Positions 51,936 through 64,000 of a DNA stretch of 64,000 bases are shown piece by piece. This DNA is from Octopus vulgaris (Eukaryota), in contig OX597817.1 of NCBI GenBank assembly GCA_951406725.2, positions 35,898,001-35,962,000 of the forward strand. Reading direction: 5' to 3'. The notes below the pieces were generated by a model. It was not told the DNA's origin. It was given only the letters and a program-made list of their open reading frames with translations, and ran no database searches. Position 1 is the first letter of the stretch. Each line of letters opens with the position of its first letter. The position numbers were made by a program, and so were the translations under genes.

Positions 51936-53504
51936 CTGAGGAAAGAAGCAAAAAAAAAAATTTGGTAAGTAATAACAATGTAAAACAGAAACAAGGATTT
52001 AGTGACACAAATACACGGTCATATAATTTGTGAAAGGGGTGTAATTGATTGAATCAATACTAGTGTATCAATGATGTACACTTTAGTAGCTTTGAAGGGT
52101 ATGAGGGGGTGCTGAAAAATTCCTGGCTGTAAGGATATTTCAAAAGGCCGGGTTGGAGACCCAACTTTCCAAGTTTTTTTAAAGGGCTTAGAAAAACTAA
52201 AGGACTGCTGCAATAAGTTCAAGATTGATGAACAAAACACCCATGTTCCCAGAGCTAAATTCTTCAAACCCCAAAGAATTCCTCTCAACACATGGCTATG
52301 ATGCTTTCCCACTACTCCTGCTCATGTTAAGAGATAAACATATTGTCAGCCACTAAGGAACATACTCAACTGGTTAAGGTAAGCAACTGGAAAGCAAATC
52401 TGTGGTATTGAGTAAAATATTTGCTGTAGCCCATCTTTTTATACCAAGACAAAACATATATATGATAACACCTCCAGTCAGTTAAGATCCGAAGCCATGA
52501 GAACCACTGCCTGGTGTTGCATATTACTATAATAATCATCATTATTATTATTGAGTGAGAGAGCAGTACATGCCCTCAAAGTGACACTCAGGTACAAATA
52601 TATGAAGCTCAATATACCCATCATGATTACCCATCTGATAAGGGTACACCAGGCACATGCATTACAATCATATGTGTGCGACAAGGTGATCTCATATCAA
52701 AATAAACATGCATGACCTTGCAGGTGGGGCCCAGTTAGAATTTTCTTCCGGTCGAGTAACCCATCCTGCTTAAAAGGTCCCTGAATAAGGTTTGTTTACG
52801 GCTGTTGAACGAAACATCCATATTTCCAGTGATGAATTATTTAAACTCCAAAGAATTCCTCTCAACACTTGGCTATGATGCTCCTCCACTACTGCTCGTG
52901 ACCAGAGATGCATATATTATCAGCCGCCAAGGAACATGCCTGAAGGTCAAACAATTGACAAGCAAATCTGTAGTACTGAGCAGAATATGGTGGCGAATGT
53001 AACAGGATGAGGGAAGAAGATGTGAGGAAAGAGATTAAGAAAGATGGGGCAGAGGAGGGTGTGTCTAACTGTGCAGCTGTATACAAGAAAGTGAGCTGGT
53101 GGGGGTGGGGTGGGTGAGCACATCACCAGTGAAGGAAGATGCTGTTATGTGTGAGAAAACACAAAACAAACAAGAAAAACATGCCTGATAGGGAGAGAGA
53201 GGGGCTCGGGGAAAGGGAACACAACAGAATTTATTAGTTTAAATATTTCATAGAACATGGCTGTTCTTACAGAGTAAATAAGAAAAGAAATTTTAAAAAA
53301 TTATTTCGATTTACATGAAGAAGATGTAGCTATTTCCATTGCAATCTTGAGTTAGCTGATTTGAGTCAGCAAGGAAATTCAAAAGTAGTAGTGGGGGAAG
53401 ATTTTGTTGCTGTATTTGAGAAGACAGAAAACAAAGAAATTATTTTGATTTACATGGGAAAAATGTAGTTATTTCCATTGTGGCCTTGAGAAGACACAAC
53501 ACAA

Positions 53505-53820
53505 GCAATCCAGTGTGACTCAGTGGTTGATGCTTAGAGACCAGACCTTGTTATTGTGGATATGCCATACCTGGGGGCATACATGTATGTGACAAAGAGC
53601 GGGAAAAGATAGTAAAATACAAGCTACTAAAAAATAAAAAAACCATGAATGTAGGCAATGAAGAGAGTAACAGTCATTCCAGTAGTTGTAGGGGCTCTGG
53701 GAGTACTAACCACCAGGTTTGAGAAGTATGTCGGAGAAAGTGGAATTGACATGAGGACAGAACATACTTGGAAAACTGCTCCTTGGGAACAAGGAGAATT
53801 TTGAGATGGGTGTTAGGTAT
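53505..53820 (+). pseudogene. R4/Dong-like REL endonuclease remnant
   Basis: QCDSVVDA*RPDLVIVD..KEREKIVKY..VTVIPVVVGALG. Confidence 0.7.
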
Positions 53821-56186
53821 TGTGGAGGGTGACACTGTGAGACAACAGGTTGCTGTCTGCTCTTAATTAATTGGAGCAAGTAAAATTGAGAGCTCTGAGA
53901 AGTGAAATGGAAATGATGATGATGATGATGATGATGATGGGATGAAAGGCAAAGTTTGAACTCAGAATGTAGCAGCAGACAAAATACTGCTAAGCATTTT
54001 GCCTGGCATGCTAACGATTCTGCCAGCTTGCCACCTCAATAATAATGATGATGATAATTCCTTTATGTGTCACTAGGGCTTAACAACAAAGAGGAATGTC
54101 CGAAAGATAGGATACAACACAGCTAGAGTGGTACATCAGACCGTATAAAACAAAATTAACAACAGTACCAACAAATAACAATTACAAAAACAGCAACAAT
54201 GGGAAGAGGTCCTCAGTAAGCAAAAGATGGTTACCTGGGGCCAATCAATAAACCCCAAAGTTCCAGCACATATTGAAAATAGGCCTGATTAAACAAAGCT
54301 ATAATCAAAGATATTCCAGTCATGCTCATCTGATTTAATATTACAAATATAATCTGATGTTTATTTTTTTACTTTTTAAGATGGCAAGATGTACCTAATT
54401 TGCTTATTACTATTTTTAACTACTTTTCAGCTCTTCAAAACATCTGTGTCACAGGTAGGCTTAACAATAAAAAACTATAACAAAGACAGTAAACTATATA
54501 ATACAACAAAGAAAACATGACCGTGCAACAAAAAAAACCTGTATGGCTTAGGTAAACAAGCATACTCTAATAAAAAAAAATGTCAAAAGCTAAATTTTCT
54601 TTCACGAATTATTTTCCACAGAAAAAAAATTGAATAAATTTAACATAGGTCAATAGCAAAATAGCTCAGCATAAATCTAGTTTAATTTAGGTGGTACGGG
54701 ACAAACTACAAAGTGGTGGGATTATTAGAGCAGTGGGAAAATACTTGATAGCATTTGTCAAGATCTTTTGAGTTTTTGAGCTCAATTTCTGCTACAGTCA
54801 ACTTTGCTTTTTTTTTATTCCTCCTGGGTTGATTTAGTAAAATATTAGTTGAGTATTTAAAAAGTGCAGACCTTGTGTCAAAATTTGAAACAATTTAAGT
54901 GCTGTGGGGTAAGACTGGAAATGCTGACTATTATCCATTTGAATGAATTGGAAATACACCTAGACACAGTCGGGAAAGCAACCGATACAGGGTGTGTGAA
55001 AGAAAAAAAAACCAAACAATTAAGTGATGAGAAATCTAATCTAATTATAAGATGATTCTAAAAAACAATTTGAGTTAACACAAAGCTTAACAAAAAAAAA
55101 AAAAAATGACACTCTTGTTTCAAATTGAGTGTCTGATATTAGAAAGGTATCTAAAAACAGAACAAACCCTACTGGTCCATACAACCCTTCTCCTCACCAA
55201 CATTTTATGTGTTTTCCATGCAAGCATAGGCTGAATGTGTCATCAAGATCCAAGTCAATTCTTATTTGGAGTTACTGTTCTCCTAGATGAGTTGTAGGAT
55301 CGTATCTCAGTCATAGATTTTATTGACCTGGTTCTTGTGGATGGATGCCCTTCCCATAACCGACTCCTTTAGAGAGTGTAGTGAGTGCATTTTATTGTGG
55401 TATTGGCACTGGTGAAGTTGTTTTGTATCCTGTTAGAACAAATGCTCTATGATGCATTTGTTCACTCAAGGTAGCAATTCTGAGAAGATGACCAGAAGAT
55501 CAAGATAGCCTTGACAGGAGAATCAGGATGGATGGGTAAAAGTTGTAAGACTATGGGAGTAGAGTTGTGTACTTTGGGTTAGAGTGTAGTAAAAGATGAA
55601 GGGCAGAAAGTGTGATGAGGGAATTTCAACCGTGTTTCGTGGTTTGCTACCACAACAGCTCCTTTATAGGATCCAGTTTGCTCAAGACATCATCAGGAGG
55701 AACCACGTTTGGTTTCGGCCCCTACTCCTCTACCGTTTTGATGGTATGGAAACGAGCAACTTACTTTTGCATGCTTGCATGGGATGGATGGAATTTGTTG
55801 AAGCAGATTTTTTATGGTTGGATGCCCTTCCTGTCATCAACCCTCACCTGTTTCCAAGCAAGGTCATATTTCCTTGTGGCTGGAAACAGGGGGCACTACT
55901 TGTATGAAGGCGACACTTGTTTATAACTATCATGTGATGTCAGGACAAGGGTACACACAGATACACACACACACACACGCTCATACACATTATATACATG
56001 TACACACACACACACACATACATGCATATGCACATATATCTTTCAGTTTCTCTCTACCAAGACCATTCACAAGGTTTTGATCAGCCTAGGGCTATAGTAG
56101 AAGACACTTATTGAAGGTGTCATGCAGTGGGGCTGGACCCATGACTGCTTAGTTGGTAAGTAAGCTTCTTAACCACATAGCTATAC

Positions 56187-56308
56187 CTGCAGCCATTCAA
56201 ATAGCACCACCAATTTGTGGCAGCTGGCAATATGACTTAATGTCGTATTGCCGAGGAAATATGATTGTTGTTTTCCCATTGGTTGAAATAACTGCTCATA
56301 TAGGAATT
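56187..56308 (-). CDS. Candidate penultimate exon of the SOCS-box gene
   Basis: Acceptor ttttactaattttcag with a branch-like ctaat. One open frame xFLYEQLFQPMGKQQSYFLGNTTLSHIASCHKLVVLFEWLQ ends at CAG|GTATAG in phase 0, matching the phase-0 terminal exon. Confidence 0.5.
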
Positions 56309-58308
56309 CTGAAAATTAGTAAAAGAATATTTTTATGCGATTTCAATTCTTTAAAGTCAAGTTGAACCCTGGATTTTGGGGGAAAACTTTAGTGTTTGTG
56401 GGATGTTACTAAACTCCACGACACTCACTCCTTTGAGATATTGGTTATTTTTTATGCCATGTCTATGATAAAAATTCAACAAGGTATTTTTGAATTGTTG
56501 GGAACTCTAGTAGCTAGTATAAAAAATTAGCTAGTGTGACTTTTAAGTCGTAATTCTCTACAACAAAATGACTTTACTTTCCAATTGTACTATAAATGCT
56601 AAATGTACATAAATAAACTAATGTAGTAATTATTTTCTCTTTCTTCACGTTCTTCAACTTGTTAATGAAATTTATTTCTGTTATTATGAAACTGTATTTT
56701 TTATAGCGGTTAAAAGAACACAAATTTATTTATCGTCAACATACATGCACACAAAAAATGTCAGTTAGCATTTCAGAAAATATATTTCTCGCTATGGCGT
56801 TTATGTAGCTGGAGTCAGGATTTATGTATAAGGATAACACTTATAAATAAGTTATAAGTGACGTGTTTATCAATATATATTCCTACTTCAAAAGTAAAAT
56901 ATATTTATTATCTATTTCCAAATAGGAAACATATAAAAGTAGCATTACACTAACAGTAACCAAACCGCTATAGATGTCAATACCAAAATGTTGTGGTGGA
57001 GAAAGGTAAATAAAAAATGTTTAGTTGTACTTGACTACCAGTGAAAAGATTAAACCAAAAAAATCATATTGGATCTATTCATTGCTTGTCATTCTTCAAT
57101 CTTTGGGTCAAGAGAAGTTTAACTAAGAGAACGCTCAGAATAAACAAGAATCTCTCCTACACCATTTCTTTTATATGTCTCAAAACAACAAGGAAGTCCC
57201 TTTGTAGTTGCTCAACTTGCTATGAATAGAATTTAAATGTTCATCATTCATAAAGTCATGGCCGGAATAGCTTTGATCATAGGTTCTTTTTAACCCTTTT
57301 GATACGAACCTGACTGAAACCGCCTCTGGCTCTGTAGTACAAATGTCTTGTTTTCATAAGTTCTGAATTAAAATCTTCCACCAAACCTTAGTCACAATTT
57401 ATGTTCCTAATACTAGCTTAACGATAACTAAGTTATTTTACTAGATTCTCTGTTATATTTAAAATTAATTGAAAGAAACACAGAACATCTCAACAGAAAT
57501 ACGGTAACAAAAGGGTTAAACATGGCTAACCTGTGGTTTCACAACAGCAGCAACTTATATATCCTCAGGTAAGAAATATATAGATATCAATAATTCTACT
57601 TAAGTTTACAATTGCTTGAATTAAAACAAAACAAAACAAAACAATAAAAGCATAGTAAATCAATAATTTTCAACAAATACATTGTTAATATAGAAAGAAA
57701 TTATGAAGTCTTTATATCATCTTTGACTCAACAGGATTTATTGAATGTAGATAAAACAGATATTTGACTATTGAGTTTGAAGGCTTTGGGTTCTAAATTT
57801 ATGTGGAACTCTTACAACCTACATCTATGAGTGTGTGTACTTATCAGTGTGGGATGCAAAGGATCAGTCACATGAAAATACCTTGTGGTATTTTCATCCA
57901 TGCTGATCACATCCCTTTATGCTTTGTCGACTTTGATTTTCAGTCTATTTTGAAGTCAAGAAAATAAGCACCAGAAAAAAAGTACTGGAAACAATATACT
58001 CTTCTAAAACCCTTGAAGAAGTGTTCCAGCATGGCCACAGTGTAATAAATGCAACCAGTAAAATATGTAGAACCATATTATTTAAATTTTATTACAGTTT
58101 AACATCAATTTCTTTTTGTAAACATGGGTGAGATAGATTTTGCAAATTTGCATTTTGTTTGAAGAAATGAGTTTTTACAGTTAGATGTTTTCCTTACCAT
58201 AAACAACTAACTTGATTGTAAAATAGAAGTGAAACCTGTCACCAACCAGGTAGACTGTGGCAAGCAGAGTGTTTTACCTTGACCAAGGGAACAACATAAC
58301 AACATATG

Positions 58309-59218
58309 TACAAGGTCTGATCGATACGTATCTGGACTGTTGCCATAGTAACAAGGCTAAAGCACACAAAGTGAAGCTGCCTGGCTAAGATTGACCTTGA
58401 ATTCTGCTGTGCATGTGCACTAAGTTTTAATGTTCTAGTTCACTTCCACTGTTTACAGCAGCGCTTGGTAGGAAGGTGTGTAGCGTGTGATCATTGTATT
58501 GACCACGATAGTGAAAGTTGTCATGGCGATACCTGCTCAGAAGCCTACATTAAGTTGCAGAAAGTGTATGGAGAGGAGTTTATGAGCTGTACACAAGTGC
58601 ACGAGTGTTTCAGACGTTTCCAAGATGGTCAAAAAATGTCGATAGTGATGAACGTTCTGGGAGACCTGCAACCAGCAGAACTGAGATAAACATCACAGAT
58701 GTGCATGTAGCTGTGAGGGTAAATCCTTGAATCATCATCTGTGAGTTATCAGAGGATGTGCAGATTAGTTATAGTTCATTTCAATCCATTATCATTGAAG
58801 ATTTGGGTATGAGATGTGTGTCTGCCAAGTTTGTGCCAAAACTGCTTTCAACTGACAAAAAAGACACTCAGGCTTCAGCACTCAGGTTTCAGTTGCACAA
58901 GATCTCCTTGATTGTGTTGAGAATGATGGAAACTTTTTGAAATCTTTGCATAGGCCTCTGAGCAGGTATTGCCAAGCTTTTGGCAATATTTTATGCAGAT
59001 TCTCTGCTCAATTTTCTCTGTCATGGTCAATGCGGCAATCACATGCTACACACCTTCCTTCCAAGCACTGCTGTAAGCAGTGGAAATGAGCTAGAACGTT
59101 AAAACTTAGTACGCATTCACAACAGAGTTCAAGGTCAATGTGTTAAGTGGATTCACTCTGTGTGCTTTAGCTTCATTACTATGGCAACAGTCCGGATACT
59201 TATTGATCAGACCATGTA
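58309..59218 (+). mobile_element. Internally deleted mariner (DD34D-type) element with ~200-bp inverted ends
   Basis: TA..caaggtctgatc..ggactgttgccatagtaa / ttactatggcaacagtcc..gatcagaccatg.TA. Remnant peptides LQKVYGEEFMS..VHECFRRFQDG and EDLGMRCVSAKFVPKLLS. Confidence 0.85.
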
Positions 59219-59569
59219 CTAGCTAGATACTAATTTCCATGTAGTGGCCCACTTAGTCAAGGATGGGCATTTTCTTTTCTTTTTCTATTCTTTTCTTGTC
59301 TTGCAAGTTACTCAGTGACAGTAGCATGAGAAAAGCACCCAGTACACACTGTATAGCAGTTGGCATTAGGAAGGGTATCCAGCTGTAGAAACCATGCCAA
59401 CACAGACATTAGAGTTTGATGCAGCTTTATGGCTCACTGGATCTTGTCAAACTGTCCACCCGATGCCTGCAAAGGAAATGGACTTTAAATGATTATGATG
59501 GTCAGTAATCTAGTTTCTGAACATCATAGCTATTCAGTCTCATGCCTCAAAAGCATTCAGTAATTTTAA

Positions 59570-59961
59570 TCTCTATATATATAAAGCTGAAGTTGTCTGC
59601 GTATGGCAGGTTTGGTAGCCTTCAACTAACACTATCTCCTTCGAGACCCTGTGGTGCAAGTTGACCAAAATTGATAGTATGATAGAAGAAGGCTTGCTCT
59701 TCCTTCCGTAGAAGAAAAAATTCAAATCGGACCATGTTAACACCAAAAATTATTTACATCAAAAAGGTGCTTTTTTTCTATGAAAATCCCTATTTTTTAC
59801 GAGTTTTTGACTGCTGTGTCATTATTTTTCGGTGTATTTCAACCAGAAAAATGTTCACTTAAAGAGAATAACAAGCTACATAATGCAAAATTTTTACTTT
59901 TCAAAAATTCCAATTCTAAAGGGTCGAAGCAAACCCGAGCAATGCCGGGCGATACTGCTAG
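59570..59961 (+). mobile_element. Non-autonomous Helitron, type D body with the shared 3' end
   Basis: A|TCtctatatatataaag ... aaacccgagcaatgccgggcgatactgCTAG|T. Confidence 0.75.
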
Positions 59962-60689
59962 TAAATAATAAATCAAAGACAAAATTTGATACAATAAATA
60001 TTACCTTTACTTGGATGCAAACAAGTCTAAATGTTCTGCATATTTCAAGTAGCCAAATAGGAAGTTAACTTGTTTGTTCAGCTGTGTTATTAGTATAAGA
60101 ATGTACAATCTGTCAACATGCAATTAATTGTGTGTATTTAATGTAACAGACAGTGCATTTTCTCTACTGTCCAACCAGTTTCTCTATATTACTTGATTTA
60201 CATTCCTTCAGATTTACTTTTTTCAGAATTTTTGGTCTATAGTCCATTGAATTGTTGGGATACTATTGAAAACTTTAACCCTTTCATTACTGTATTTATT
60301 TTGAGATGCTCTGTGTTTCTTTCAATTACTTTAAATATAAACAAAGAATTTAGTAAAATAACTTAGTTACCATTCAGCTAGTGCTAGGAACATAAATTAT
60401 GACTAAGGTTTGGTGGAAGATTTTAATTCAAAACTTATGAAAACAAGACATTTGTACTACAGAGCCAGAGCCGGTTTCAGCTGGGTTGGTAACGAAAGGG
60501 TTAAGATTCACTGACCTCCATTCAAGTCTAGATTCCAACCTGGTGTTTAAGTTGTGCAGTTTAACCCTTTTGATACCAACCCACCCAAGACTATACCCCA
60601 CCCCCAGTTCTATTTTTTCTTTCTTTAAGTTTCAGTCCAAGGACTGTGGCAATGCTGTGGCACCACTATTTACTTTGCTGCTCTTTCAC

Positions 60690-61140
60690 TAAACCTCCTC
60701 TGATATGTGACATTTGGTGAATGAGGGAGTTTGACGTCACTACCCATGTCTGTGTTTCTTGCTCAGAGGTAGGTTCCTCCAGAACTCTTGACAGAAGGAG
60801 ATCTAGTTTTGTTTTGAAAAAGCCTACATCCATACCATGCAGCTCTCTCAGGTTTTGTTGAAGGATATTGAAGAGCTGTGGCCCTTTGAAACCCAAGCTA
60901 TTGCAGTATCTGATCCTGTATCCTGATGGCAATATTGGGATCTTTGGTACCATGCAGTAGCACCCCATCCTGCCAAAGTTTGGAACAGATTTTTCTAGGG
61001 TTTTCCAGATGTATGTTACTGTATATCAGTTCTGCCTTCATTCCAGAGAATAAATAAACTCTTTCAGTCTCTTCCAGTAGCTGATATGTTGCATTGTATC
61101 AATTTTCATTGTGTAGCTTCACTGGATTGCCTCAAGTTCC
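60690..61140 (-). pseudogene. CR1/L2-group LINE 3' ORF remnant
   Basis: YWKRLKE..YSLE*R..YIWKTLE..NSLGFKGPQLFNIL..FKTKLDLLLSRVLEEPT. Confidence 0.75.
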
Positions 61141-61967
61141 ATCGTTCGTTAATTTTACACTGTTTGACAACACAGTTGGGAGCAATAATCCAGAGGGCTG
61201 AGAATGAAAGTCCTCCAGAGGACCATCATGGTTTCCTTTTCTCTTGTTCTGAAAGTTCAAAAGATCCACCTGGCCAGACGTCTGCATTTTATTTATCCAT
61301 CCGATTGCGCTCAAATTTGATATGTAGATACCGATGGTATCAGGGCGTGTATAAGTCTTGAAAAAAGTTACAAAAATCGATTCCAGGTGAGAATGTGATC
61401 GATAAAGCCGTTTTTGTCCTGCTTTTCTTTCGTCAGCCTGTACATAACTGCACCTTCCATTTTTTGTTGTTTTTGTACTGCTTAAAGGTACGTTTCTTTC
61501 CTGCCAAGCTTACTGCTTAAACCATGTTTGAGTTCTCCCAGTCAACAGTCTTACCATTACTGGCACTTTAAACTCTTCGGTTGCATATTTGTGGGGATAA
61601 AATCATTTTTCTTTGGAATAGAAAATAGCCTATCTTTATTTCTTCTTTTGCTGGTGTCTCAAATTTAGGTTAAATCAGTGTTTCTCAAAGGGGAGGCCTA
61701 TGGGACGGTCGGACAATTGTGAGAAAATTTGGTTTAAATGTTTGACAACTCAGTACCGTCCATTGGACGGGGGGTGGGGTGGCGTTTTGCTCTTATATGT
61801 ATATATATATATATATATATAATCATTATAGATATAGGGTAAAAAAATTATTAATTTAATAATAAATTTTACCAAGTAGTTTCGGTATGGAAAAGAACCA
61901 TATTCGGTAAAAACTTATACAAGAAGTTTTTATATATATATATATATATTTTTTATATATATATATA

Positions 61968-62035
<68 letters not shown>

Positions 62036-62097
62036 TTTTATATATATATATATATATTTTTTGCTAAAATGTCGTATTGACGAGTTTCGTTTTTTTC

Positions 62098-62183
62098 ACT
62101 TTCCTGAAGAGAAGATTGCATTGTTTATACCATTTATTCTTTTGAATAGTATCAGTGGAATTTTCGAAACATGTGTCGAAAGT
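62098..62183 (+). ncRNA. Type I hammerhead ribozyme with canonical core and extended stem II
   Basis: actttc-CTGAAGA-gaagatt...aattttc-GAAAC-atgt-GTC-gaaagt: perfect 6-bp stem I, 7-bp stem II base, GUC site after 62177. The module lies between (TA)n tracts. Confidence 0.75.
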
Positions 62184-62372
62184 AAAAATACTTGTTTAAA
62201 CCTGCGTTAACTCCATTTTTTATTCATATTATTCAAAATATTCAACGTAAACACAAAGTTTCAACCTTTATAAACAAGGAGTTACAACACCTTTACTTGT
62301 GAGATTTTTGCTGCCCTGGTAACTATTTATTTATTTTTCCGTGTTAATTGTTAACAAGGTAAAAATACACTC

Positions 62373-62424
<52 letters not shown>

Positions 62425-62426
<2 letters not shown>

Positions 62427-62660
62427 CAATAATTAAGGGTTTAGCAACAAGTTGCTTCATCACATACCGAAAATTTCGAAATAGCAACCAAAAGACTGTT
62501 ATTTTTTTTTCACTACAAAATATGACTCCACAGATAACAATATCTGTAACTCACATAGTCATATTTTGTAGTGAAAAGAAAATAACGATCTTTTGGCTGC
62601 TATTTCTAAATTTTCGGTATGTGGTGAAGCAACTTGTTGCTAAACCCATAATTATTGTTT
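62425..62660. repeat. Foldback module (~100-bp arms) in (TA)n
   Basis: aacaataatta.gggtttagcaacaagttgcttca...actacaaaatatgact / agtcatattttgtagt...tgaagcaacttgttgctaaaccc.taattattgtt. Confidence 0.88.
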
Positions 62661-62678
62661 TATATATATATATATATA

Positions 62679-63073
62679 TCTTTATATATAAAAGTCAAGT
62701 TGTGTGTCTGTCTCCTACGATTTAGATTCCTAACTACTCCCACATTTTGCGGTGCAGTTTAACCAAAACAGGGTATCTTATAGTCGTGATTCATATCGAG
62801 CCCTTCTGGGTATTAGCGCACGTCTACGATGAGTCTACGATTTAAAAAAAAATTTACCATCATTTTTTTTCCATTTTATTGCATTTTTCGCTATTATATA
62901 AGGGAAGTAACTCTCTAAAAATGTCCGATGAGTCAACGATTTAAAAAAAAATTTACCATCATTTTTTTCCATTTTTAATGCATTTTTTTGCTATTTTTTT
63001 GCTATAACTCTCTAAAAATGCTTATATAGTTATTTCCCTTACAAATCCGAGCAACGCCGGGCGATACTGCTAG
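62679..63073 (+). mobile_element. Non-autonomous Helitron type B
   Basis: A|TC ... ccgagcaacgccggg..CTAG|T; close to 49957-50350. Confidence 0.8.
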
Positions 63074-63319
63074 TATATATATACGTGTGTGTGATGTGTG
63101 TGATTGTGTGTATGTCATTTATTTCAGTCTAAATTCATAAAGAACTTAATTTTACTCAACGGAATTTTATTGTTTCTGTATATCCAGAAAAATGACTGAT
63201 GACTAAAAGTCACAAAAGTAACATAACAGAATATCTTTGTCAGTAAATATCAGTGCCATATGAAAACTGAAGAAGCCCTTCAATCTTTGAGTGCATACGA
63301 TGGAACATTATTACTTATA

Positions 63320-63787
63320 TTATCATTGACAGAGCGGCTAACCGGCTTCCGCGCCAGTGGCACTTAAAAAGCACCATTCGAGCGTGATCGTTACCAACGT
63401 TGCCTTACTGGCACTCGAGCCCAGTGCTAGTAGGGTATTAAGAGCACCATCCGAGCATAATCATTGCCAGAGCAGATATCTGGCCTCCATTCGAGCATGA
63501 TTGTTACCAGCATCACCTTACTGGCACCTGTGCCGATGGCATGTGTAAAAGATTCGAGCATGGTCGTTGCCAGTACAACCTGACTGGCCCCGTGCCACTG
63601 GCACGTAAAAGCACCCACTACACTCTCAGAGTGGTTGGTGTTAGGAAGGGCATCCAGCTGTAGAAACTCTACCAGATCAAGATTGAAGCCTGGTGCAGCC
63701 ATCTGTTCGTCAACCCTCAGTCATTCATCCAACCCATGCTAGCATGGAAAGCGGACGTTAAACGATGATGATGATGATGATGATGAT
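63320..63787 (+). mobile_element. RTE-LINE 3' UTR with subrepeats and (GAT)n tail
   Basis: Repeated aaaagcaccattcgagc.tgatcgtt.ccag units followed by the conserved tail. Confidence 0.75.
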
Positions 63788-64000
63788 TATAGAATTCAGC
63801 TGTAAAAACCTTATTTGTTGTTTTTTTTTCAGTTTGAAGGAAAAGAGTTACTCCTTGGTAAAAATGCAGTGCTTACATACAAATTTTTGGCCTCCCTAAA
63901 TTTTATTTTTTTGACTGATACACACAAATATCTTATCTAAATGTTTGGCAAAGAAACAACATCTGATAAAGACATCTGAATGCCACATGGCAGGTTTCTA

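Noticed and set aside
60011-60109. Possible further minus-strand exon (LYILILITQLNKQVNFLFGYLKYAEHLDLFAS)
   Set aside because: It has an open frame and AG/GT ends, but ends in phase 2 while the 56308 exon needs phase 1, and I found no bridging exon. RNA-seq is needed.
63815-63862. Plus-strand polypyrimidine-AG followed by GT as a micro-exon
   Set aside because: It is about 25 nt with no partner exon or peptide support; such signals are common in AT-rich DNA.

Overview
This is AT-rich, microsatellite-dense animal DNA. The repeat families and composition resemble an octopus/coleoid cephalopod genome, which is my inference rather than a search result. Two host protein-coding signals face each other: a 332-aa PTB/PID-domain adaptor ORF lying in one exon (27166-28164, +), and the 3' end of a spliced SOCS-box gene on the minus strand (terminal exon 51744-51935, candidate upstream exon 56187-56308). 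Most of the rest is decayed mobile DNA: three tRNA-derived SINE families, RTE, CR1/L2-like, Tx1-like and R4/Dong-like LINE fragments, two Penelope-like (PLE) ORF remnants, a FLYWCH-MULE transposase pseudogene, Tc1/mariner remnants, TTAA-flanked piggyBac-type MITEs and head-to-tail non-autonomous Helitrons. Most ORFs in the supplied track are microsatellite or SINE read-throughs. The most notable hidden layer is about nine minimal type I hammerhead-ribozyme motifs of the PLE kind. At least three have canonical cores (39475-39517 -, 62098-62183 +, 37955-38054 +). Several sit inside short foldback modules inserted in (TA)n/(CA)n arrays, including a ~420-bp spacerless palindrome whose axis is 4 nt past a predicted cleavage site. 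All calls were made by eye; repeat boundaries are approximate and family names need Dfam/Repbase, Pfam and Infernal confirmation.
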